From Octopus vulgaris (lineage: Eukaryota), in NCBI GenBank assembly GCA_951406725.2, contig OX597840.1, forward strand, positions 22,072,001-22,136,000: 64,000 nucleotides of DNA, given 5' to 3'. The position numbers were made by a program, and so were the translations under genes. The notes under the pieces were generated by a model. The model had not been told where the DNA came from, did not search any database, and saw only the letters and a program-made list of their open reading frames with translations. This document shows positions 14,957 to 28,300 of the stretch, in pieces (position 1 is the first letter of the stretch; every line of letters starts with the position of its first letter).

Positions 14957-15099
14957 TATCATGTGATGGTTGTAAACAAACATACATGCAGGGTTGTTTG
15001 TTTCAAATCATTTGTGAAAAACATGGTCTAGCTTTGAGAAGAACAGATGAAGGTTGGGGTCAGGAAAGGCATCCAGCTGGCCATTGAAGATCTATCTAT

Positions 15100-15600
15100 C
15101 TGCTCAGTCAAAGTCGATTCTCGGTTACCCGATGGATCAGTGTCCTCTAGCCAGTTCTATCCTGGGTCGCTTCTTTCAGATTGGCTATGTCCATTCCCTT
15201 GTCACTCTTGATGGTGTCAAGCCAGTGGGTTCTGGGTCGGCCTCTTCTTCTCTTGCCACTGACCATTCCGAGCATGATGTCCTTCTCCAGGGATTTTCTC
15301 TGCATAATATGACCAAAATATGTCAATCTATGCTTGGTGATCCTAGCTTCCAGAGACAGTTTCGGCTTGATCTGGTTAAGAACTTCTCCATTGGTGAGCC
15401 TCGCTGTCCATGAAATCCGTAAAAGTCTTCTCCAACACCAAAGCTCAAATGCATTAATTCTCTTCTGGTCAGCTTTCTTTAGTGTCCAGGTCTCACATCC
15501 ATATGTTGCTACTGGGAAGGCGATTGCATTCACCAATCTGCATTTGGTAGCAAGGCTGATGTCTCTACTCTTCCAGACCTTGCTCATGCTGACCATTGCC
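15100..15600 (-). mobile_element. RTE (BovB-like) LINE 3' fragment of a different family
   Basis: ISLATKCRLVNAIAFPVATYGCETWT..AFELWCWRRLLRISW..YFGHI..GKRRRGRPRTHW. Confidence 0.9.
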
Positions 15601-15679
15601 TCTCAGCCTAGCACTATCTAAGATATCTACTTCAAAAACATTCCGTCTGACCTCACACAACATGGGAAAAAAATGACTG

Positions 15680-15878
15680 TTAAATAACAATGACAACGAA
15701 GACAATAATGATGATGATCATCATCTTCATCATTATGATGATAATGATGACGATGATGATGATGATCTTGATGACGATGATCATGATGATTATGACAATG
15801 ATGCTGACGATGACAATGACAATGACAACAACCATGATCATCATCATCATCATGACAACAGCAAAGATGATGTTGACA
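15680..15878. repeat. Imperfect (ATG/GAT)n trinucleotide repeat
   Basis: Runs of gat/gac/cat. Confidence 0.9.
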
Positions 15879-16516
15879 CATATTTTTTTAAACAAGAAGT
15901 ATGGCTGAGTCTTATTATTAAAACTTAAAACCAATGTTTTTTTATTAATGTCGTTTCCAATTAAATACTTATAAATTTCTTTTCACACCTGTTTACTTTT
16001 CTCTCTCTTCGTAATGTTTTATGCTTTTAAAACGAAAGCACTTTTCACTTTACCTTCTTTCCATCGTAAACATTTCATTTTCAGTCTGTTATTTGAACTT
16101 CCATTCTCCAGTTCTTCAAAGTTACACTCTCATTCTCTCCACATTCACACAAATGTTACCAGGTGTTTGTGTGTTTGTCCGTCTGTGTGTCTGCATGTGT
16201 ATAATCAAAAATATATATATACACACACACACATATGTGTATGTTTATGTATATATACACATGCACACACACATACATACGCTTTCACATGTGTGCATGC
16301 ATATGTGCACACTTATTTATAAGAAATTAAATATTAAACACTTTCCTTTTGAAAATAATTTCCATGCCAAAGTGTGTGTGTGTGAGTGTTTAATAAATAT
16401 TAAATATCTTTTCTTTTCAAAATATCACCCATGTAATACATACATACACACACACACACATATATATATACTTACATGTATGTATGTGTGTGTGAGTATA
16501 TATATATACACGTGTA

Positions 16517-16560
<44 letters not shown>

Positions 16561-18189
16561 TAGTTTTTAGAAAACATAAATCCAAAGTAGTCTATATTTT
16601 TTCCTGGTGAAGGCCAGTTTATGGGGTTACTCTGGATTTCCTGTCCATAAAGGGTTTAACTTTATGGCGTATCTACAGACCCCAAGCCCTGTTGGCCTAT
16701 GACCCCTTAAAATATGGAGGGGAAAAGTCTGGATTATCTCCCTTTGTTAATGCCCATCAACTTTTGGCTGTGCTGCCATCGATCAGTTATATGGGTAAGT
16801 AATAAGGAATTTAGCCATCAACTTCCGACAGTTCCCAAAAGGCCGGCAGAAATCTCTTAAAATGCAGACATGACCTAAAAATCTCTGTTCTGGAGTTAAG
16901 TATAGCCCCTAGCTTGAGTGAGTCCCTTAGGATTCTCATGCATTCAGCTATGCATAGCTTGCAACATTTCATCCCGTTGATGTAAGGACTGGCAAGCCAG
17001 GAGAGGCTGCACCGGGCTCCAGTCTGATCTGGCAATGTTTCCACAGCTGGATGTCTTTCCTCACACCAATCACACCAAGAGTGTAGTGGGTGTTATATAC
17101 ATACATATATATATATATGTATGTGTGTGTGTGTGTGTGTGTGTGTGCGCGTGTGTGTGCAGATATATATATATTTATGAGTGAGCAGACATACAAAAGG
17201 GCACTCAACACATTTATTGGGAGTTGTATGTATGGATCCAACAATTTCATTCAAATTCCTTTACTACCTCAGTTTCAAGAATGATGCTAATTCCAATGGC
17301 TGAAGATTAGTATCATGCTTGAAACTTTAAGTTCTGAAGGAATTTGAATCAAACTGTTTGATCCATATATATATATATATATATTTGTACATCTATGTTT
17401 GTCCCCTGTCACTGCTTGTCAACCAATGTTGGTGTATTTAGCAGTTCAGCAAAACAAACCAAGAGAATAAGAACCAGGCTTTAAAAGAAAAAAGTTCTGA
17501 GGTCAATTTCTTCGACTAAACCTTTCATGGCTGTGCCCCAGCATGGCCACAGTTCAGTGATTGAAACAGGTAAAAGATAAAAGGCAAAAGAAAGATGTTC
17601 CAGTTTAATTTTCTTTCCATTCTTTATACTTAGTCAGGAACAATAGAATTCCTCAGTCCGTTCAATTATTAACGTTCTGAGACCTCCGCAGTCCCATTTT
17701 CAAAATAAACTTCTCTTAATGATGTCTGCTTCACACATTTTGCAGCATAACAAACAAGTGCCATGGGAATAACTTTAGATGTGATAAAATCATTAATGCC
17801 ACATCTGAAATTATTCAATGGCAACATCTGGTAGCTTTCTTGATTTATTTTATATATTATGCATTCAGACAATTAATTTGGGTTTGCATGTTGTTTTTCG
17901 TAAAGTTTTCTTAGTTATTCTTCTTTTCTTTTATTTGTGTTTCGGTGGTTCAAATACAGCCATACTGGAGTACCTTGAAGGGTTTGGTCAATCAACTCAA
18001 CCCAGGATTAATTTTTTAAAACGTTGGACTTATTACACCAGAACATAAAGATGGCCAAACTGCTGTGATGCATTCTGCCCAGCTTCCTCAAGATTCTGCC
18101 AGCTTGATACCTTATCCTCTATCAATATATTGCACACACATATAGGGATTCATAAACTAATATCTTTCGTCTTTTATATTGTGCTTGCA

Positions 18190-18573
18190 GCGAAGCTGGG
18201 GCACCACCTCAAAGCACTTTTAGTCAAATAAACTGACCCCAGTATTTATTTTTTTCTTAAGCCTGGCACTTATGCCATTGGTCTCTTTTTGTTGAGCCAC
18301 TAAGTCACAGGGATGTAAACACACCAACACTGGTTGTCAAGTAGTGGTTGGGGGAGAAACACAGACACAAAGACACACACACACATGCATATATATATAT
18401 ATATATACATGACAGGATTCTTCCAGTTTCCATCTTCCAAATCCACTCACAAGGCTTTGGTCGACCCGGAGGCTATAGTAGAAGTCATTTGCTCACAGTG
18501 ACATGCTGTGGGACTGAACCTGGAACCATCTGGTTAGGAAGCCAGCTTCTTACCACACAGCCATACCTGCACC
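18190..18573 (-). mobile_element. tRNA-derived SINE (main family) with internal (CA)/(TA) tract
   Basis: Reverse complement head ggctgtgtggtaagaagc..ggttcagtccc (A/B boxes); same family as 49856-50648 and 60878-61100. Confidence 0.75.
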
Positions 18574-18792
18574 TAGAATAATTCCCACATATTTTTTCTG
18601 TTGTTGTTGTCTAACCCCAGGTCAGTTCTGATCCAGTAGAACCATTTGCTGTACCTGATACATATCAACAGACAATAATCTTATACTTTTAGCAACTTGG
18701 TCATGTTACTTTCTACCCAACCCCAGGGGGAATATGGAGAATATAACAGAGAAGGTAGAGTGAGAAGGAATGTGGGTTAAGATTAGAGCAGT

Positions 18793-19169
18793 TTAACCCA
18801 TTAGCATTAAAACCAGCCATATCCAGCCCAAATATTCTACCTTTTTCATGTTAAAACTGACCAGGTCCAGCCTACAATGTCATTCTAAAAGTAAACAATC
18901 ACAACATTGAAATCTCAAAGCTATGAGATAACGGATGATTTATTCAAAGCAATATGAATAAATAGACATTCCATTTGACAGAAGAATCTGAATGCTGAAA
19001 GGTTAAACTGGCCAGATCTGACCTCTCACACCTACCCTACAATGTCTTTGTTAAAACATACAATCACATCATTGAAATAGCAAAGCTACAAGATAACGCA
19101 TGATTGATTCAAAATATTGTGAATAAATAAGCATTACACTTGACAATAATTTGAAAGCTAAAGAGTTAA
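18793..19169. mobile_element. TTAA-flanked MITE plus a tandem partial copy
   Basis: TTAA-cccattagcatt ... aatgctgaaagg-TTAA (19006), followed by a repeat of the 3' two-thirds ending aaagctaaagag-TTAA (19169). Confidence 0.65.
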
Positions 19170-19365
19170 TTAGAATGTACACTAATTAACTAACTCATCA
19201 GTAGCTATTATTAAGTAAATGGAATGGTAGATACAATGTAGTAACGAACTCAACCAATGTTTCTTTAGACAAGATAAGGGAACTACTAAATGGTTGCATA
19301 ATGTGCTAGTAACAGCAACCAAATCATTCTTACACATCCTCATCACCATTTGATGTCCATGATGG

Positions 19366-22300
19366 ACATGGCGTGGCGTGGCGTGCTGTGGTGTGGCGTG
19401 GCGTGGTGTGCTGTGGTGTGGTGTGCTGTGCTGTGGTGTGGTGTGGTGTGCTGTGGTGTGCTGTGCTGTGGTGTGGTGTGGTGTGGTGTGGTGTGCTGTG
19501 ATGTGGTGCGATGTGGTGTGGTGCAATGTGGTGTGGTGCGGTGTGGTGTGATGTGGTGCGGTGTGGTGCGGTGTGGTGTGATGTGGTGCAGTGTGATGTG
19601 GTGCAATGTGGTGTGGTGTGGTGCGGTGTGATGTGGTGTGGTGTGGTGTGGTGTGGTGTGGTGCGATGTGTGCTGTGGTGTGATGTGGTGTGGTGAGGTG
19701 CGATGCGGTGTGGTGTGATGCGGTGTGGTGTGGTGTGATGCGGTGTGGTGAGGTGCGGTGTGGTGTGGTGTGTGATGTGGTGTGATGTGATGTGATGTGA
19801 TGTGATGTGATGTGGTGTGGTGTAGTGTGATGTGGTGTGGTGTGGCGCGATGTGGTGCGGTGTGGCGCGATGTGGTGTAGTGTGTGTGGTGTTGTGTGTG
19901 AGGGGTGGTGTTTGTTGTTTGTGTGGTGTGATGTGTGGTGCGTTGTGGTGTGGTGTGATGTGGTGCGGTGTGATGTGGTGTGGTGTGGTGCGGTGTGATG
20001 TGGTGCAGTGTGATGTGGTGTGGTGTGGTGCGATGTGGTGTGGTGTGGTGTGATGTGCTTTGGTGTGGTGTGGTGTGGTGAGATGTGGTGTGGTGCGGTG
20101 TGGTGCGGTGTGATGTGGTGCGGTGTGGTGTGGTGTGGTGTGGTGCGGTGCGATGTGATGCGATGTGGTGTGGTGCGGTGTGGTGCGGTGCGGTGTGGTG
20201 TGGTGTGGTGCGATGTGGTGCGATGTGGTGTGATGTGCTTTGGTGTGGTGTGGTGTGGTGCGATGTGGTGTGGTGTGGTGTGGTGTGGTGTGGTGCGGTG
20301 TGGTGCGATGTGCTTTGGTGTGGTGTGGTGTGGTGTGGTGTGATGTGGTGTGGTGTGGTGTGGTGAGGTGTGGTGCGGTGTGATGTGGTGCGGTGTGGTG
20401 TGATGTGGTGTAATGTGGTGCGGTGTGGTGTGGTGCGGTGTGGTTCGATGCAATGTGGTGTGGTGCGATGTGGTGTGTTGTGATGTGATGCGATGTGGTG
20501 TGGTGTGGTGCGATGTGGTGTGGTGTGGTGCCGTGTGGTGTGGTGCGATGTGATGTGGTGCGGTGCGGTGGTGGTGTGGTGCGGTGTGGTGTGCTGTGGT
20601 GTGGTGCAATGTGGTGTGGTGTGGTGCAATGTGGTGTGGTGTGATGTGGTGCGGTCTGGTGTGGTGCGGTGTGGTGCGATGTGGTGTGGTGCGATGTGAT
20701 GTGGTGTGGTGCGGTGTGATGTGGCGCGGTGTGGTGCGATGTGGTGTGGTGTGATGTGGTGCGGTGTGATGTGGTGCGATGTGTGTGGTGTGGTGTGGTG
20801 TGGTGTGGTGTGGTGTGGTGCGGTGTGGTGTGATGTGGTGCAGTGTGGTGCGATGTGATGCGGTGTGGTGTGATGTGGTGCTGTGTGATGTGGTGCGATG
20901 TGGTGTGGTGTGGTGCGGTGTGATGTGGTGTGGTGCGATGTGGTGTGCTGTGGTGCGGTGTGATGAGGTGTGATGCGGTGCGATGTGGTGTGGTGCGGTG
21001 TGGTGTTATGTGGTGCGGTGTGATGTGGTGCGGTGTGGTGTGGTGTGGTGCGATGTGGTGTGCTGTGGTGTGGTGTGATGTGGTGTGCTGTGGTGTGGTG
21101 TGGTGCGGTGTGGTGTTATGTGGTGCGGTGCGATGTGGTGTGGTGTGGTGCGGTGTTATGTGGTGCGGTGTGATGTGGTGCGGTGTGGTGTGGTGCGATG
21201 TGGTGTGGTGTGGTGTGGTGTGGTGTGGTGTGGTGTGGTGTGGTGCGATGTGGTGTGATGTGGTGTGGTGTGATGTGGTGTGGTGCGATGTGGTGTGGTG
21301 TGATGTGATGCGGTGTGGTGTGGTGCGGTGTTATGTGGTGTGGTGTGTGAGGTGTGGTGTTTGTTGTTTGTGTGCTGTGATGTTGTGTGGTGTGGTGCGA
21401 TGTGGTGAGGTGTGGTGTGGTGCGATGTTGTGTGGTGTGATGTGGTGTGCTGTGGTGTGATGTGGTGTGGTGAGGTGCGATGCGGTGTGGTGTGGTGTGA
21501 TGCGGTGTGGTGTGGTGTGATGCGGTGTGGTGAGGTGCGATGCGGTGTGATGTGGTGTGATGTGATGTGATGTGGTGTGGTGTGATGTGGTGCGGTGTGG
21601 CGCGATGTGGTGTAGTGTGTGTGGTGTTGTGTGTGAGGTGTGGTGTTTGTTGTTTGTGTGGTGTGATGTGTGGTGCGTTGTGGTGTGGTGTGATGTGGTG
21701 CGGTGTTATGTGGTGTGGTGTGGTGTGATGTGGTGCAGTGTGATGTGGTGTGGTGTGGTGCGATGTGGTGTGGTGTGGTGTGATGTGCTTTGGTGTGGTG
21801 TGGTGAAATGTGGTGTGGTGCGGTGTGATGTGGTGCGGTGTGGTGTGGTGTGGTGTGGTGTGGTGTGGTGTGGTGTGGTGTGGTGTGGTGTGATGTGCTT
21901 TGGTGTGGTGTGGTGTGGTGAGATGTGGTGTGGTGCGGTGTGATGTGGTGCGGTGTGGTGTGGTGCGATGTGGTGTGGTGCGATGTGGTGTGGTGTGGTG
22001 CGGTGTGGTGTGGTGCGATGTGGTGTGATGTGGTGTGATGTGCTGTGCTGTGTGTGGTGTGGTGTGGTGCGATGTGGTGTGGTGTGATGTGGTGTGGTGT
22101 GGTGTGGTGCGATGTGCTTTGGTGTGGTGTGGTGTGATGTGGTGTGGTGTGATGTGGTGTGGTGAGGTGTGGTGCGGTGTGATGTGGTGCGGTGTGGTGT
22201 GATGTGGTGTAATGTGGTGCGGTGTGGTTCGATGCAATGTGGTGTGGTGCGATGTGGTGTGTTGTGATGTGATGCGATGTGGGGTGGTGTGGTGCGATGT

Positions 22301-25300
22301 GGCGTGGTGTGTTGCGATGTGGTGCCGTGTGGTGTGGTGCGATGTGATGTGGTGCGGTCTGGTGTGGTGCGGTGCGATGTGGTGCGGTGTGCTGTGGTGT
22401 GGTGGTGTGCAATGTGGTGTGGTGCGGTGTGATGTGGTGCGGTGTGGTGCGGTGTGGTGCGGTGTGATGTGGTGCGGTCTGGTGTGGTGCGATGTGGTGT
22501 GGTGCGATGTGATGTGGTGTGGTGCGGTGTGATGTGGTGCGGTGTGGTGCGATGTGGTGTGGTGTGATGTGGTGCGGTGTGGTGCGGTGTGATGTGGTGC
22601 GATGTGGTGTGGTGCGGTGTGGTGTGATGTGGTGCGGTGTGGTGCGATGTGATGCGGTGTGGTGTGATGTGGTGCTGTGATGTGGTGTGGTGCGGTGTGA
22701 TGTGGTGTGGTGCGATGTGGTGTGCTGTGGTGTGGTGCGGTGTTATGTGGTGCGGTGTGATGAGGTGTGATGCGGTGCGATGTGGTGTGGTGCGGTGTGG
22801 TGTTATGTGGTGCGGTGTGATGTGGTGCGGTGTGGTGTGGTGCGATGTGGTGTGATGTGGTGCGGTGTGATGTGGTGTGGTGTGATGTGGTGTGCTGCGG
22901 TGTGGTGCGATGTAGTGTGGTGTGGTGCAGTGTGGTGTTATGTGGTGCGGTGCGATGTGGTGTGGTGCGGTGTTATGTGGTGCGGTGTGATGTGGTGCGG
23001 TGTGGTGTGGTGCGATGTGATGCAGTGTGGTGTGGTGCGGTGTGATGTGGTGCGATGTGGTGTGATGTGGTGTGATGTGGTGTGGTGCGATGTGGTGTGA
23101 TGTGATGCGGTGTGGTGTGGTGCGGTGTTATATGGTGTGGTGTGTGAGGTGTGGTGTTTGTTGTTTGTGTGCTGTGATGTTGTGTGGTGTGGTGCGATGT
23201 GGTGAGGTGTGGTGTGGTACGATGTTGTGTGGTGTGATGTGGTGTGCTGTGGTGTGATGTGGTGTGGTGCGATGTGGGGCGGGGTGGTGTGATGTGATGT
23301 GTGATGAGGTGCGATGTGCTTTGGTGTGGTGTGGTGCGAGGTGGTGTGTTGTGGTGCGATGTGGTGTGGTGCGATGTGGTGTGGTGTGTTGCGATGTGGT
23401 GTGGTGTGATGTAGTGTATGTGGTGCGATGTGATGTGGTGCGATGTGGTGTGGTGCGATGTGGTGTGGTGTGATGTGGTGCGGTGTGGTGTGGTGTTATG
23501 TGTGGTGTGGTGTTTGTGTGGTGTAATGTTGTGTGGTGTGATGTGGTGCGGTGTGGTGTGGTGCGATGTGGTGCGGTGTAGTGTGCTGTGGTGCAATGTG
23601 GTGTGGTGCGGTGCGATGTGGTGCGGTGTGATGTGGTGTGATCCGATGTGGTGTGGTGTGGTGCGATGTGGTGTGGTGTGGTGTGGTGTGGTGCGATGTG
23701 GTGTGGTGCGATGTGGTGTGGTGCGATGTGGTGTGCTGTGGTGCAACGTGGTGTGTTGTGGTGTGATGTGGTGTGGTGCGATGTGGTGTGGTGCGGTGTG
23801 ATGTGGTGTGGGGTGCTGTGGTGCGGTGTGGTGCGATGTGGTGTGCTGTGGTGTGGTGCGGTGGTGTGGGTGGTGTGGTGTGGGTGGTGTGGTGTGGTGC
23901 AGTGTTATGTGGTGTGGTGTGATGCGGTGTGGTGCGATGTGGTGTGCTGTGGTGTGGTGCGGTATGCTGTGGTGCAGTGTGATGTGGTGCGATGTGGTGT
24001 GGTGCGATGTAGTGTGCTGTGGTGTGGTGCGGTGTTATGTGGTGCGGTGTGATGTGGTGCGGTGCGATGTGGTGTGATGCGGTGTTATGTTGTGCGGTGT
24101 GATGTGGTGCGGTGTGGTGCGGTGTGGTGCTGTGTGATGTGGTGCGATGTGGTGTGGTGCGGTGTTATGTTGTGCGGTGTGATGTGGTGCGGTGTGGTGC
24201 GATGTGGTGTGGTGCGATGTGGTGTGATGTGGTGTGGTGCGATGTGATGTGGTGCGATGTGGTGCGGTGTACTGTGTGTGGTGTGGTGTGTGAGGTGTGG
24301 TGTTTGGTGTGGTGCGGTGCAATGTGGTGTGCTGTGGTGCAACGTGGTGTGGTGTGGTGTGATGTGGTGTGGTGTGGTGTGATGTGATGTGGTGTGGGTG
24401 GTGTGGTGTGATGTGGTGCGATGTGGTGTGGTGCAGTGTTATGTGGTGCGGTGTGATGCGGTGTGGTGCGATGTGGTGTGATGTGGGGTGCTGTGGTGTG
24501 GTGTGGTGCGGTGTGGTGTGTGGTGCGGTGTGCTGTGGTGTTGTGTGATGTGGTGCGATGTGGTGTGGTGCAATGTAGTGTGCTGTGGTGTGGTGCGGTG
24601 TTATGTGGTGCGGTGTGATGTGGTGCGGTGCGATGTGGTGTGATGTGGTGTGGTGCTGTGTTATGTTGTGCGGTGTGGTGCGATGTGGTGCGGTGTGGTG
24701 CTGTGTGATGTGGTGTGATGTGGTGTGGTGCGGTGTGATGTGGTGCGGTGTGGTGCGATGTGGTGTGGTGCGATGTGGTGTGATGCGGTGCGATGTGGTG
24801 TTATGTGATGTGGTGCGATGTGGTGCGGTGTACTGTGTGTGGTGTGGTGTGTGAGGTGTGGTGTTTGGTGTGGTGCGGTGCGATGTGGTGTGATGTGGTG
24901 TGCTGCGGTGTGATGTGGTGTGGTGCGATGTGGTGTGATGCAATGTGGGGTGGTGTGTTGCGATGTGGTGTGCTGTGGTGTAGTGTGATGTGGTGTGCTG
25001 TAGTGTGATGTGTTGTAGTGTGATGTGGTGTGCTGTAGTGTGATGTGTTGTGATGTGGTGTGGTGCGATGTGGTGCAATGTGGTGTGGTGTGATGTAGTG
25101 TGTTGCGATGTGGTGTGCTGTGGTGTGATGTGGTTCGATGTGGATTGGTGTGGTGTGATGTGGTGTTCATTGTTTGTGTGGTGTGGTGCGATGTGGTGTG
25201 GTGTGATGTAGTGTGTGTGGTGCGAAGTGGTGTGGTGCGATGTGGTGTGGTGCGGTGTGATGTGGTGTGCTGTGGTGTGTGGTGCGGTGTGGTGTGGTGT

Positions 25301-28300
25301 GCTGTGGTGTGGTGTTATGTGGTGTGGTGCGGTGTGATGCGATGTGGTGTGCTGTGGTGTGGTGCGGTGTGCTGTGGTGCGGTGCGGTGTGATGTGGTGT
25401 GGTGTAGTGTGCTGTGGTGTGGTGCGGTGTTATGTGGTGCGGTGTGATGTGGTGCGGTGTGGTGTTATGTTGTGCGGTGTGATGTGGTGCAGTGTGGTGC
25501 GGTGTGATGTGGTGCGATGTGGTGTGGTGCGGTGTGGTGTGGTGCGATGTGGTGCGATGTGGTGTGGTGTACTGTGTGTGGTGTGGTGTGTGAGGTGTGG
25601 TGTTTGGTGTGTGGTGCGGTGCGATGTGGTGTTGTGTGATGTGGTGCGGTGCGATGTGGTGTTATGTTGTGGTGTGTGAGGTGTGGTGTTTGGTGTGGTG
25701 CGGTGCGATGTGGTGTTGTGTGATGTGGTGCGATGTTGTGTGATGTGGTGTTATGTTGTGCGGTGTGATGTGGTGCGGTGCAGTGTGCTGTGGTGTGGTG
25801 CGGTGTTATGTGGTGCGGTGTGATGTGGTGCGGTGCGATGTGGTGTTATGTTGTGCGGTGTGATGTGGTGCGGTGTGATGTGGTGCGATGTGGTGTGGTG
25901 CGGTGTGGTGTGGTGCGGTGCGGTGTGATGCGGTGCGATGTGGTGCAATGTGATGTGGTGCGATGTGGTGTGGTGTACTGTGTGTGGTGTGGTGTACTGT
26001 GTATGGTGTGGTGTGTGAGGTGTGGTGTTTGGTGTGGTGCGGTGCGATGTGGTGTTGTGTGATGTGGTGTGGTGTGATGTGGTGTGCTGCGGTGTGATGT
26101 GGTGTGGTGCGATGTGGTGTGATGCGATGTGGGGTTGGGTTGCGTGATGTGATGTGGTGCGATGTGCTTTGGTGTGGTGTGGTGCGAGATGGTGTGTTGT
26201 GGTGCGATGTGGTGTGGTGTGGTGCGATGAGGTGTGGTGCGATGTGGTGTGGTGTGTTGCGATGTGGTGTGCTGTGGTGTAGTGTGATGTGGTGTGCTGT
26301 AGTGTGATGTGTTGTGGTGCGATGTGGTGCAATGTGGTGTGGTGCAATGTGGTGTGTTGCGATGTGGTGTGCTGTGGTGTGATGTGGTTCGATTTGGATT
26401 GGTGTGGTGCGGTGTGGTGTGTAGTGTGGTGTGATGTGGTGTTCGTTGTTTGTGTGGTGAGATGTGGTGTCATGTGGTGTGGTGTGATGTAGTGTGTGTG
26501 TGGTGCGATGTGGTGTGGTGCGGTGTGATGTGGTGCGATGTGGTGTGGTGCGATGTGGTGTGGTGTGATGTGGTGCGGTGTGGTGCGGTGTTATTATGTG
26601 GTGTGGTGTTTGTTTGTGTGGTGTAATGTGTGGTGTGGTGCGATGTGGTGTGGTGGTGTGTGGTGCGATGTGGTGTGGTGCGATGTGGTGTCGTGTGGTG
26701 CGATGTGCTGTGGTGTGATGCGATGTGCCTTGGTGTGGTGTGGTGTGATGTGCTTTGGTGTGGTGTGGTGCGATGTGCTTTGGTGTGGTGCGAGGTGGTG
26801 TGTTGTGGTGCAATGTGGTGTGGTGCGATGTGATGTGGTGTGGTGCGATGTGGTGTGGTGTGTTGCGATGTGGTGTGCTGTGGTGTAATGCGGTGTGATC
26901 TGGTGTGGTGCAATATGTTGTGGTGCGATGTGGTGTGGTGTGGTGCGATGTGGTTTGGTGTGATGTGGTGTGGTGTGCTGTGTGTAGATTGTTGTGGTGT
27001 TGTGTAGTGTGGTGTGATGTGGTGTGTGTGGCGTTCGTTGTTTGTGTGGTGTGATGTGGTGAGCTGAGGTGTGGTGCGATGTTGTGTGGTGTGATGTGTG
27101 GTGTGATGTGGTGTGCTGTGGTGTGATGCGATGTGGTGTGATGCGATGTGATGTGGGGTGGCGTGGTGTGATGTGATATGTGGTGCGGTGCGATGTGCTT
27201 TGGTGTGGTGTGGTGCGAGGTGGTGTGTTGTGGTGCGATGTGGTGTGGTGTGGTGTGGTGTGTTGCGATGTGGTGTGCTGTGGTGTAGTGTGATGTGTGC
27301 TGTAGTGTGATGTGGTGTGGTGCGATGTGGTGCAATGTGGTGTGGTGCGATGTGGTGTGGTGTGTTGCGATGTGGTGCGCTGTGGTGTGGTGTGGTGTGA
27401 TGTGGTTCGATGTGGATTGGTGTGGTGCGGTGTGGTGTGTAGTGTGGTGATGTGGTGTTCGTTGTTTGTGTGGTGTGGTGCGATGTGGTGTCATGTGGTG
27501 TGGTGTGATGTAGTGTGTGTGGTGCGATGTGGTGTGGTGCGGTGTGATGTGGTGCGATGTGGTTTGGTGCGATGTGGTGTGGTGTGCTGTGTGTGGATTG
27601 TTGTGGTGTTGTATGGTGTGGTGTGTAGTGTGATGTGGTGTGTGTGGTGTTCGTTATTTGTGTGCTGTAGTGTGATGTGGTGTGGTGTGATGTGGTGCAA
27701 TGTGGTGTGGTGCGATGTGGTGTGGTGTGTTGCAATGTGGTGTAGTGCGGTGTGATCTGGTGTGGTGCAATATGTTGTGGTGCGATGTGGTGTGGTGTGG
27801 TGCGATGTGCTTTGGTGTGGTGCGATGTGGTGTGGTGTGATGTGGTACGATGTGGTTTGGTGCGATGTGGTGTGGTGTGCTGTGTGTGGATTGTTGTGGT
27901 GTTGTGTGGTGTGGTGTGTAGTGTGATGTGGTGTGTGTGGTGTTCGTTATTTGTGTGGTGTGGTGCGATGTGGTGTGGTGTGATGTGGTGTGGTGAGGTG
28001 TGGTGCGATGTGGTGTAATGTGTGTGGTGTGGTGTGGTGCGATGTGGTGAGGTGTGGTGTGATGTGATGTAATGTGGTGCAGTGTGATGTGGTGTGTTGC
28101 GATGTGGTGCGGTGTGGTGTGGTGCGGTGAGGTGCGATGTGGTGTGGTGTGTTGCGATGTGGTGTGGTGCGATGTGATGTGGTGCGATGTGGTGTGCTGT
28201 GGCGTGGTGGTGCGATGTGGTGCTGATGTGGTGCGATGTGGTGCAATGTGGTGTGGTGCGATGTGGTGCGGTGCGATGTGGTGCGGTGTGGTGCAGTGCG

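Noticed and set aside
17669-17872. 67-aa minus-strand ORF in unique sequence
   Set aside because: A plausible acceptor exists, but there is no convincing donor or recognisable domain.
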